Source: Pseudomonadota bacterium
Lineage (GTDB): Bacteria; Desulfobacterota; Desulfobacteria; Desulfobacterales; JBDRRP01
Length of the DNA stretch: 64,000 nt
Assembly (NCBI GenBank): GCA_043825735.1
Contig: JBDRRP010000071.1
Span: 1-64,000 of the forward strand
Direction of reading: 5' to 3'
Position 1 is the stretch's first letter. Every line of letters begins with the position of its first letter. Under the pieces are notes generated by a model, which worked only from the letters and a program-made list of their open reading frames with translations, was not told the DNA's origin and searched no databases. The translations under genes were made by a program, and so were the position numbers. Positions 7,930-16,861 of this stretch are shown piece by piece.

Positions 7930-10900
7930 ATGCCCAGATCCACGCCATTGCCGATCGATGCCTTCATCAGCCGACTCACCACTTCACGGGAAATCGGTGG
8001 CGTGGTGGCGCATCATCAGGTCCTACCACCCCGGGTATCACGAACGGCCCCGTTGCCCCAGGCCTTGCCGGCCGCGCTGCAACAGTTGCTGGAATCACAA
8101 GGTATTCCGGCACTCTATGTCCACCAGCGCGTCGCTCTGGACCATGTGCGCGACAGGCGCGCGGTGATCATGGCCACGCCCACCGCCAGCGGAAAGAGCC
8201 TTGCCTATTTTCTGCCCATCCTGGAGTCAGCGCTGCAGTTGACCGGTCGCAAGGCGGTTTATGTCTCTCCGCTGAAAGCCTTGGCCCAGGATCAGCTGCG
8301 GCAGTTTCAACTATTGGCCGATCAGCTCGACGGCTGTCGGCCCAGTGCGGCTATTTACGATGGAGACACCCCTGCCGGCCAGCGGCGAAAGATTCGGGAA
8401 AATCCACCGAATCTGCTGCTCACCAACCCCGAGATGCTGCATCTGGGGCTGTTGCCCTATCACGATCTGTGGTCCGAATGGTTCGGCGCCGTGGGGCTGG
8501 TGGTTATCGATGAGGTGCACGCTTACCGCGGTGTGGCTGGCTCGCACATGGCCATGGTGTTCCGTCGTTTCCTCAGGTTGTGCCGTCATTACGGGGGTGA
8601 CCCCGCCCTGGTGTTCTGTTCGGCCACGGTGGCCAATCCCGGCGAACTTGCCACCCGGCTGACCGGGGCTCACCCGGTGGCCGTGGTCAAAGACAGCGGT
8701 GCGCCCCGGGGCCGGCGCCACATCGTATTAATGGAGCCCCTGGACGGCCTTTCCGGGCTCACCATCCGTCTCATTCGAATGGCCCTGGCGCATCGACTGC
8801 GCACTATTGTCTACACCCAGTCGCGCAAACTGGCCGAACTGTTGACGCTGTGGGTGGGGCGACGCGCAGAAGCCGCCGCTGAGCGCGTGAGTGTCTACCG
8901 CGCCGGGCTTCTGCCTGCGGAGCGCCGGGACATTGAAAGACGTCTGGCCTCCGGGCAGTTGCTGGTTGTGATTTCCACCAGTGCTCTTGAATTGGGTATC
9001 GACATCGGCGATTTGGATTTATGCATCCTGGTCGGGTATCCCGGATCCATGGTGGCCACCTGGCAGCGCAGCGGTCGCGTCGGGCGCAGCGGGCAGCCGT
9101 CGGCACTGGTGATGGTGGCCGGGGAGGATGCCTTGGACCGGTACTATCTCAGGCATCCGGGCGTGTTCATGAGAAAAGCGCCGGAAGCGGCCGTTCTCAA
9201 CCCTCACAACCCGAGGGTGCTGGCCGCTCACCTGGAATGCGCCGCTGCCGAGATGCCGATTGCAGTAGACGATCCGATGACCGATCATCCGGCCGTCGAC
9301 ACGGCGCTTCGAGCGCTCGAAAGGCAATCGGTGCTGCTGAAGAGTGCCGACGGGATGAGATGGCATGCCCGCCGCAAACGACCCCAACGGGACGTGGATC
9401 TGCGTGGCGCTGGCGATCGATTTACCATCGTCAATACGATAGACGACACGCCCATGGGAGAGATCGACGCCCACAGGGTGTACCGGGAAACTCATCCCGG
9501 GGCCGTTTACCTGCACCTGGCCCGAACATTTATTATCGACACTGTTGACCCGGAAACCCGCATCGTTTCGGCACGTCCGGACCGGGTGGATTTCACCACC
9601 CGGCCCCGGGGAAACAAGACCACGGACATCATCGCCGTGCTGGCGCGGCGCCTTTTGTTTGGTGCGTGGTGGTCCTACGGCCGGTTGAAGGTGACCGAGC
9701 AGGTCACCGGTTATGAGCGCTGGCATATTCGTGACCGGCGGCGCTCGACGGTGGTGCCGTTGGACCTGCCGCTGCAAAGCTGGGAGACCGAAGGGGTCTG
9801 GCTTGAGATCCCCCCGCATGTGGCGGCGGCCGCTGTCGGGCAGGGGCTGCATTTTATGGGCGGCATTCATGCCCTGGAGCATGCCGCCATCGGCATGCTG
9901 CCCCTCATCGTGCTGGCCGATCGAAACGATGTGGGCGGCATTGCCGTTCCCTTTCAGCCGGAGCTCGGCGCGGCGGTGGTGTTTATTTATGAGGGCGGGC
10001 AGGGCGGGGCCGGCCTCTGCGAGGCGGCGTTCAAGGACGGTGAAGCCTTGCTGACCCACACCCTGAGAACCATTTCCGATTGCGACTGTGAGAGCGGATG
10101 CCCGGCATGTATCCAGTCCCCCAAATGCGGCTCCGGCAACCGGCCTCTGGACAAGTCGGCGGCGCGGTTTTTGCTGGAGCAGATAATGACCGCGCAAGCG
10201 CCGCGCGTGGAAACGCGGCCCGAGCGGCCGGCGCCCTTTATGGACGCGCCGATCGATATCGCTCCGGTGGGCGTCGACATCCCAGCGCGGCGGCAACCGG
10301 GCGCCAGTGGCGTTTCCCGACTCGGCAGAAAGCGGCTGCGAAAACAGGGGCGACGAGTTGCTCAAGCGACGGCGGCGCCCATGACCGCGACCCCGGGGTC
10401 AGAAAGGCCGACACCGGCGGCGTCAGTTAGGCCCGTTCGTCTACCGTCATCCGCCCCTGGTCACTACGCGGTTTTGGATATCGAAACCCAGCGCTCGGCC
10501 CAGGAGGTGGGCGGCTGGCACCGGGCGGATCTCATGCGGGTCAGCGTGGCGGTCTTGTACGATTCCCTGGAAGATGATTACACGGTATACACCGAGGACA
10601 AAATCCCCGATTTGCTGGCGCGGCTGAAGCAGGTGCCCCGGGTGGTGGGGTTCAACATCAATCGATTCGATTATCGGGTTCTCAGCGGTTATGCCGATAT
10701 GGCCTGGGAGCAGCTGCCCACTGTGGATCTTCTCGAGTATGTTCACCGGCAGCTTGGTTTTCGCCTGTCGCTGGACCACCTGGCCGGTCAGACCCTGGGT
10801 GCCGAAAAAACCGCTGACGGGCTTCAGGCCCTCCGGTGGTGGAAAAACGGTCAGCTGCAGGAGATCATCGACTATTGCCGCCAGGATGTTAAGATCACCC

Positions 10901-11010
10901 GGGATTTGTACCGGTTCGGCCTGGAAAACGGCTACCTGCTGTTCAAGAACAAGGCCGGCCAGCAAGTCCGCGTGCCGGCCGGCTGGGCAACGGCGCCGGG
11001 GCTGGATTAG
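7930..11010 (+). CDS. DEAD/DEAH-box helicase of MrfA/Hrq1/SftH type (DUF1998) fused to a C-terminal RNase H-like (YprB/MrfB-type) exonuclease
   Basis: TPTASGKS, DEVH, CSAT, LELGIDIG, QRSGRVGR, CDCESGCPACIQSPKC. After a low-complexity linker: LDIETQ, GFNINRFDY, YCRQDV. Confidence 0.9.
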   Translation: MPRSTPLPIDAFISRLTTSREIGGVVAHHQVLPPRVSRTAPLPQALPAALQQLLESQGIPALYVHQRVALDHVRDRRAVIMATPTASGKSLAYFLPILESALQLTGRKAVYVSPLKALAQDQLRQFQLLADQLDGCRPSAAIYDGDTPAGQRRKIRENPPNLLLTNPEMLHLGLLPYHDLWSEWFGAVGLVVIDEVHAYRGVAGSHMAMVFRRFLRLCRHYGGDPALVFCSATVANPGELATRLTGAHPVAVVKDSGAPRGRRHIVLMEPLDGLSGLTIRLIRMALAHRLRTIVYTQSRKLAELLTLWVGRRAEAAAERVSVYRAGLLPAERRDIERRLASGQLLVVISTSALELGIDIGDLDLCILVGYPGSMVATWQRSGRVGRSGQPSALVMVAGEDALDRYYLRHPGVFMRKAPEAAVLNPHNPRVLAAHLECAAAEMPIAVDDPMTDHPAVDTALRALERQSVLLKSADGMRWHARRKRPQRDVDLRGAGDRFTIVNTIDDTPMGEIDAHRVYRETHPGAVYLHLARTFIIDTVDPETRIVSARPDRVDFTTRPRGNKTTDIIAVLARRLLFGAWWSYGRLKVTEQVTGYERWHIRDRRRSTVVPLDLPLQSWETEGVWLEIPPHVAAAAVGQGLHFMGGIHALEHAAIGMLPLIVLADRNDVGGIAVPFQPELGAAVVFIYEGGQGGAGLCEAAFKDGEALLTHTLRTISDCDCESGCPACIQSPKCGSGNRPLDKSAARFLLEQIMTAQAPRVETRPERPAPFMDAPIDIAPVGVDIPARRQPGASGVSRLGRKRLRKQGRRVAQATAAPMTATPGSERPTPAASVRPVRLPSSAPGHYAVLDIETQRSAQEVGGWHRADLMRVSVAVLYDSLEDDYTVYTEDKIPDLLARLKQVPRVVGFNINRFDYRVLSGYADMAWEQLPTVDLLEYVHRQLGFRLSLDHLAGQTLGAEKTADGLQALRWWKNGQLQEIIDYCRQDVKITRDLYRFGLENGYLLFKNKAGQQVRVPAGWATAPGLD

Positions 11011-11015
11011 ATGCG

Positions 11016-11185
11016 CATTGTCATAAGCACGTTCCTCTTAAACAGCGATGCCGGATGTACATCGCTATCGCTATCGGTATCGAAATCGCTATCGGCCGTG
11101 GTAACAATCGATACCGATCCCGATATCGATCCCGACCCCGAGAGGATCCTGGGATAAAACGGAACACTATTCTGACAAACACTAT
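11016..11185. repeat. MITE-like element, family C (hexamer arrays)
   Basis: CATTGTCATAAG... then (ATCGNN)x6 and an inverted (NNCGAT/C)x5-6 array, ending AAACGGAACACTATTCTGACAAACACTAT. Second copy at 23982-24145. Confidence 0.85.
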
Positions 11186-11259
11186 AAATGCCCATTGACG
11201 TCAAATTTCGGGTATTCTGCATAACAATATAAGAGAAAAGACAGCTCAGGAGGTGCCAT

Positions 11260-14001
11260 ATCACTTACGCCGTTTTCATTATACTGGGGCTCATCTTCGG
11301 TGCCGCTGTCGGGGATACGGCGGGTGCCGTTGTCTGCGCTGTCGTGGGATATCTTCTCGCTGACGGCCATCGACTGAAGAACCGTCTTACTGCACTGGAA
11401 GAAAAACTCGAGCTGGTGATTCAAGGTCTCAGTGCCCGCGAGCCGAAATCATCTGCTGCCGGGCGAACGGCTCAGGGCCGCACCGACGAACCACCGCTAC
11501 CGGTTAAGAAAGCCGTGGTACCGGCCGCGGCAGATGTCCTCGAGAAGCTTGCGCCGCCGCTTGCCGCCAAGCACGCACCCGCGCTTTCACAAGTTGTAGA
11601 AACCATTGAAGAAATGAATCCGCCGGCAGTCGATTCGGACACGGAGTCCTTTTTGAGCGACGGGCCCGCTCCAGCGGATGATTGGATACAGCGGGTTCGA
11701 TCGTGGCTGGTGAGCGGCAATCCGGTGGCCCGCATTGGCATCGTGATTCTATTTTTCGGGGTCGCCTTCCTGCTGAAATATGCAGCAGAGCACCGGCTGC
11801 TGCCCATCGAGTTCCGTCTGGCCGGCGCCTTTCTTGCAGGCATGGGAATGCTGGGCATCGGGTGGCGCCTGCGGAACTCGCGACGAATGTTCGCGCTACT
11901 GCTTCAGGGCGGGGGCGTGGGCATCATGTATCTGACGCTTTTCGCGGCCGCGCGGCTCTACGCCCTGGTGCCCATGCCGTTGACCTTTGCCCTGCTGGTG
12001 GTGCTGGTGACATTTTCAGCGGTTCTCGCGGTGCTTCAGGACGCCCTGCCCATGGCACAGTTCGGTGTGGCCGGCGGGTTTCTCGCGCCCATTCTCACCT
12101 CGACGGGCAGTGGCAGCCACGTCATGCTTTTTTCTTACTACGCCCTGCTCAATGCCGGGATCGTGGGCATCGCCTGGTTTCGATCCTGGCGCACCCTGAA
12201 CCTGACAGGGTTCATCTTCACTTTCGGCATCGGCGCTCTCTGGGGGTGGCGCGCCTACCGACCGGTGCATTTTGCCAGCACCGAGCCGTTTCTGATTCTG
12301 TTTTTCCTCTTTTACATTGTGATTGCCGTTCTTTTTACCCACCGGGGGACGTCCCGGCTGTCCGGCTATGTCGATGGGTCCCTGGTTTTCGGCGTGCCGC
12401 TGGCGACATTTTCCCTGCAGGCCGGACTCGTGCGAAATCATCCGTACGGAATCGCCATCAGTGCGCTGGTTATGGGCGGTTTTTATATCGGGTTGGCCCG
12501 TTGGCTCTGGCAGCGGGGAGATGCCCGACTTCGGCTGATGGTAGAGGCCTTTTTGGCGCTCGGTGTTGTCTTTGCTTCGGTGGCCATTCCCCTGGGGCTC
12601 GACGGTCGATGGACCGCCGCGGCCTGGGGGCTGGAAGGGGCGGCGCTGGTCTGGGTCGGTCTGCGCCAGCAGCGATTGACGGCGCGCTGCTTTGGTCTGG
12701 TGCTCCAGATTGGCGCCGGAATCGCATTCATTTCCGCCATCGGGGGGCCGACGGGTCAGATACCGGTGCTCAACGGGGTTTGCTTGGGTGGTGTGCTGCT
12801 CAGCCTGGCGGCGCTTGCCTCGGGCTACCTCCTGTGGCAGCGAGGCGAAGTGCTGAAGGAATGGGAGAAAAGCTTTCCGGTAGTGGTCAGCACCATCGGT
12901 CTGCTGTGGTGGCTGGGCATCGGGCTCATGGAAATCGACCGGCATGTCCCCGGCCTCCAGGCGCCGGCGGCATCGCTGCTGTTTGTCGCCATCAGCCTCC
13001 TGGTGCTGACGCATGTCGGTCAAAAGCTCCAGTGGCCTTTCTGCCGGTTCCCGCCCATTGGGCTCTTGCCGGTCATGGTCGCCGCCCATTTTGCTTTCCT
13101 GGAGAGGCGGGCCCTGGCCCATCCCTTGTCAGGCGTGGGGCTTCTTGCCTGGCCGTTGGCGCTGGCGATATTCTACCACCTGATGAAGGTTTTAGAAAAC
13201 GGTTGGGATGCGCGCGTTGTGCGCTGGTGGCACACGCTGAGTCTGTGGCTCTGCGTGGTGCTGTTGTTGCGGGAAGTCGATTGGCTGATGGCGGATGTTA
13301 TCGGCGCCCACCATACCTGGCGGTTCGCTGTCTGGGGACTTGTCGCCGGCGTTTGCATCATGGGGTTGTCCCGGCTGGCCGATCGTATCGTCTGGCCTTT
13401 CCGAGCGCATCCGGAGGCTTATGGCGACAGCGGCCTGGGGATATGCATCATCGCCGGCGCCCTCTGGGGCTGGATCGTGATCGGCTGCCTGGCTGAAGGC
13501 ACGCCAAAACCGCTGGAATATCTGCCGCTGATCAATCCACTGGAGTTGACGGGGCTTTTCGCCATTTATGTGTTGACGCGATGGATGATGCGTCAGGCGA
13601 AAGACGGCCTGCTGCCGGATACCGTCATAAAGTGGGCACTGGCAGCGGCGCTCTTTGGAATGATGAACGCGGTAACGGCGCGATGCGTCCACACCTTCGG
13701 AGAGATTGCCTGGTCGCATCGACTCTTCGAAGCAACGCCATTCCAGTCAGCCATCGCCGTGCTCTGGGCCATTATTGCACTTGGGGCCATGGTCTGGGCG
13801 GCGCGCAGCGCCAGTCGCCCGGTCTGGTTCGCCGCGGCGGGGCTTCTGGGCGTGGATGTGGTAAAGCTCTTTATCGTTGATCTGTCAGGCTCCGGCAGCA
13901 TTTCCCGTATCGTCTCGTTTATTGCAGTGGGGGCGCTCATGCTGCTGGTGGGATTCTTTTCCCCGCTGCCGCCGGCGTCCGGAAAGGCGCACGACCGATG
14001 A
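11260..14001 (+). CDS. DUF2339-family polytopic membrane protein
   Basis: GNPVARIGIVILFFGVAFLLKYA, GGFLAPIL, KLFIVDL, RIVSFIAVG, more than 20 hydrophobic segments. The frame is open back to an ATC at 11260, 6 nt after AGGAGG; the ORF track start is GTG at 11344. Confidence 0.85.
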   Translation: MTYAVFIILGLIFGAAVGDTAGAVVCAVVGYLLADGHRLKNRLTALEEKLELVIQGLSAREPKSSAAGRTAQGRTDEPPLPVKKAVVPAAADVLEKLAPPLAAKHAPALSQVVETIEEMNPPAVDSDTESFLSDGPAPADDWIQRVRSWLVSGNPVARIGIVILFFGVAFLLKYAAEHRLLPIEFRLAGAFLAGMGMLGIGWRLRNSRRMFALLLQGGGVGIMYLTLFAAARLYALVPMPLTFALLVVLVTFSAVLAVLQDALPMAQFGVAGGFLAPILTSTGSGSHVMLFSYYALLNAGIVGIAWFRSWRTLNLTGFIFTFGIGALWGWRAYRPVHFASTEPFLILFFLFYIVIAVLFTHRGTSRLSGYVDGSLVFGVPLATFSLQAGLVRNHPYGIAISALVMGGFYIGLARWLWQRGDARLRLMVEAFLALGVVFASVAIPLGLDGRWTAAAWGLEGAALVWVGLRQQRLTARCFGLVLQIGAGIAFISAIGGPTGQIPVLNGVCLGGVLLSLAALASGYLLWQRGEVLKEWEKSFPVVVSTIGLLWWLGIGLMEIDRHVPGLQAPAASLLFVAISLLVLTHVGQKLQWPFCRFPPIGLLPVMVAAHFAFLERRALAHPLSGVGLLAWPLALAIFYHLMKVLENGWDARVVRWWHTLSLWLCVVLLLREVDWLMADVIGAHHTWRFAVWGLVAGVCIMGLSRLADRIVWPFRAHPEAYGDSGLGICIIAGALWGWIVIGCLAEGTPKPLEYLPLINPLELTGLFAIYVLTRWMMRQAKDGLLPDTVIKWALAAALFGMMNAVTARCVHTFGEIAWSHRLFEATPFQSAIAVLWAIIALGAMVWAARSASRPVWFAAAGLLGVDVVKLFIVDLSGSGSISRIVSFIAVGALMLLVGFFSPLPPASGKAHDR

Positions 14002-15353
14002 TGCGACTGATTCCCGTTTTGTTGGCGATCCTTCTTGCCCGACCTGCGCTCGCTGTCGACATCGGTGATTTTTCCCAGGCCATACCGCTGACAGTGGAGC
14101 GGTCCGGGGGGATTTACGCCGTTGACCTGCCCGAGGCGGTGTACCGCAGTCTGGCCCGGACCGATTTCGGCGATCTGAGGGTTTTCAACGGCGATGATCG
14201 GATTGTGCCGCATAGCCTCAGGCGTAGCGGCGTTGGCAGCGCGGCATCTCCTGATGATTGGTCTGCCGTGCCGGTGTATCCGCTGCCATCGACAGCTCCG
14301 GCAGCAGCGACGCCCGATATCAGGATTGATGCAACAGCCCACCGGACCCGGGTCGATATCGGTTCAGCAGAACCGGCGGTGACGGCACCTGTCCGGGAGT
14401 GGGTGGTGGATACCCGGTCCTTGAGCGGGCCTATTGACCGCCTGCGACTTTCCTGGACCACTGATGATGAGGATGCAGGCATCCTCAGATTTAGGATCGA
14501 TCGCAGCGATGATCTGAGCGGTTGGCGCCAGGTCCCGGCCAGCGGGGTTATCGCGGCGCTTTCCCACGAAGGCCTTCGTTTGGTTCACCGCACGCTGAAG
14601 CTGCCGGCAGATCGGTATCAGTATCTGCGCCTGCAGCTCACCTCGCGCGTGTCCGGCGGTTTCGCCATCGATGCGGTCCGTGTACGAAGACTATCGAACC
14701 CGGCGGCGCCGCATCGGTATCGGCAGACCGCCGTGGGTCGTTTTGTCACTGGAAAATCTCCCGGCTATCTTTTTACCTTCACTGGCGTACGACCCGCTGA
14801 CAGGGCCATCCTTGCGCTTTCCAGCGACGGGCAGATCCTTCAGGGCGCCTTATCTTCCCGGCCGGGACCCGCAACCGACTGGCATCGACGGTATGCCGGG
14901 ATTTTTTATCGGATTCGAAGCGGGGACGACACCATCGACAGCGGCGCTGCCGACCTTTCCATGGTAACGGATCGGTACTGGAAGCTTGACATCTCCTCGA
15001 AGGATCCGCACGCCGGCGCTGCGCCGACGCTGACCCTTGAATGGATCCCCCATGAACTGGTTTTTGCCGCCGAGGGCCGGCCGCCGTACCGATTGGCCTA
15101 TGGTAGCGACCGCGTCACGCCCCCGGACAACGAGGCCATGGGGGCACTGATGGCGCGGCTCGGGGCCAACGAAACCGATCGGCTGATCGGTAGGGCGAGC
15201 GTCGGTCAACCGGTGCCAATGGCCGGTGAGGCGGCCTACCAACGCTTTCACCTGCCCGCGGCATGGCGCCGGTGGGGCCTGTGGGCGGTGCTGTGCGCCG
15301 GTGCCCTGATGCTCATCGTCCTGGCATGGCGCCAATTCAAACGGATGGGATAA
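13998..15353 (+). CDS. DUF3999-family exported protein with C-terminal membrane anchor
   Basis: Signal peptide, LPEAVY...DLRVFNG, LVFAAEGRPPYRLAYG, C-terminal LWAVL helix. 4-nt overlap with the DUF2339 gene. Confidence 0.8.
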   Translation: MMRLIPVLLAILLARPALAVDIGDFSQAIPLTVERSGGIYAVDLPEAVYRSLARTDFGDLRVFNGDDRIVPHSLRRSGVGSAASPDDWSAVPVYPLPSTAPAAATPDIRIDATAHRTRVDIGSAEPAVTAPVREWVVDTRSLSGPIDRLRLSWTTDDEDAGILRFRIDRSDDLSGWRQVPASGVIAALSHEGLRLVHRTLKLPADRYQYLRLQLTSRVSGGFAIDAVRVRRLSNPAAPHRYRQTAVGRFVTGKSPGYLFTFTGVRPADRAILALSSDGQILQGALSSRPGPATDWHRRYAGIFYRIRSGDDTIDSGAADLSMVTDRYWKLDISSKDPHAGAAPTLTLEWIPHELVFAAEGRPPYRLAYGSDRVTPPDNEAMGALMARLGANETDRLIGRASVGQPVPMAGEAAYQRFHLPAAWRRWGLWAVLCAGALMLIVLAWRQFKRMG

Positions 15354-15432
15354 GGGGGCATGGCTTTTCAGCATCGTGACGATACCGGTTCATGGCACAG
15401 TAAAACCGAGCCAATCCGCGCAGGAGAGATCA

Positions 15433-15903
15433 TTGAAGAAACAAATCGCCGCCGCTATGGAGTGGATCCGGCCAATCGGATTAAGTGTGGTTTTCTTTTT
15501 GGCCTATTATTTCGGGAAAAATCCGGCAGAGATCCTGCACATCATGGGGCCCTTCACGGTCATCGTGATGGCCGGAACCATATCATTCGAGTCGCTGGTT
15601 CTGGGAGAGATCGCCTCAGCGAAGATCGGGTATGCACCTAACCGCGAATACCAGATACAATCGGGGCTGAACAATCTGGCCACCGCGCTGACCGCGGCGA
15701 TGGTGTTTGTTCTCGATTGGGGCAAATACGCCGATGCCACCGTTCTTTCCGTATATCTGATCTTCCAGCTGCTGTCCGGCTGCAATCACGCCAGGACGAT
15801 CATTACGGAAAAAAACCTTTCCCGAACCAACGTGCTGCGTCCGATCCTTTCGCTGGTGCTTCTGGCGGCCCTGGTGCCGCACATCGTCATGGCGTTGAAG
15901 TAG
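15433..15903 (+). CDS. Small polytopic membrane protein, function unknown
   Basis: Four to five hydrophobic helices, YQIQSGLNNLA. TTG start after AGGAGA (ORF track start 15376). Confidence 0.7.
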   Translation: MKKQIAAAMEWIRPIGLSVVFFLAYYFGKNPAEILHIMGPFTVIVMAGTISFESLVLGEIASAKIGYAPNREYQIQSGLNNLATALTAAMVFVLDWGKYADATVLSVYLIFQLLSGCNHARTIITEKNLSRTNVLRPILSLVLLAALVPHIVMALK

Positions 15904-15911
15904 ACGCAATT

Positions 15912-16793
15912 TCAAACGGACAGCCAGGCGCCCACGAACACCGCAAATGCCACAACGGCGCAGACCACCTGAACCGGCCGCGACGGCGGCCGGGACCAGC
16001 GCATCCCATAGACCGCCCCCAGAAACCCGCCAGCCAGCATCCCCAGCAGATGGGCCATGATGTCCACCCGCGGCCCTGCACTGAGAAACCCGAGCAAGGC
16101 CATGCCGGCGCCCACTGGGAGGAACGTGCGCCATGTGAGGCCGCCGGGGCGGGTGATGCGATGGCGGACCTGGTGGGCCACCAGGACACCCACCGCTCCG
16201 AATACCGCCGTTGATGCCCCTACCGAAAGATGGTGGCTCTGGTGGAGTGCAGCAGTGAGCAGGTTTCCGCAGAGGCCCGCCGCCGAAATCAACAAAATGC
16301 CCACGCCGGCACCGGTGATGCCGCACACGGCCGAACCGAAAATCGCCAGGCCCACCATATTGCCGATGAGATGCGGGGCGTCGGCGTGAATGAGCAGCGC
16401 CGTGGCGCACCGAAACCACTCTCCTTGAAGAATGCCCGCCGCCGAAGCCCCCATGGAGGAAAAAATCCGCGGCATGTCGGATGTCGATGATACGGCCAGG
16501 TGGACCCCCAGCAGGGCGCAGGCGGCCCAGACCCCTCACCAGGAAGCCTGGCGAAGGGCGCGGGTGGTGGAAGTCGCGCTGTCCGAGGCCGCCGTCTCCG
16601 GGTTTTCGTGGCGGTAGCGGTCAATGGCGAGGATCGCTCGGGCGCCGTGGCGCTCCGGCACCAGGATTGACCATCCCGACCACGCTTTGATCATATGATA
16701 GGGGATGCCCTCGGCGGTGAGCACCAAGGCGTATATATCCGCCGCTTCGGCTGACAGATGTTGCAGAATAAAAATCATTGAATTTTGGATCAT
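15912..16793 (-). pseudogene. Rhomboid-family intramembrane serine protease interrupted by one in-frame TGA (16536-16538)
   Basis: WFRCATALLIHAD..HLIGN, GASTAVFG, AHLLG motifs. The N-terminal soluble domain (ALVLTAEGIPY) is in the same frame, separated only by W-TGA-GVWAACALLGVH. Confidence 0.7.
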
Positions 16794-16861
16794 CTCCCAA
16801 AAAGTTGGCCCCTTGAACCCTTTTCTCCAACTAAATGGGAGAAGACCCTGAATTTTTAATG

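Noticed and set aside
9019..10365. 448-aa antisense ORF within the helicase, and similar antisense ORFs across the window
   Set aside because: They fully overlap well-supported genes and show no recognisable domains.
11682..13496. 604-aa alternate-frame ORF inside the DUF2339 gene
   Set aside because: Arg/Gly/Ala-rich shadow frame expected in GC-rich DNA coding for hydrophobic protein; no motifs or RBS.
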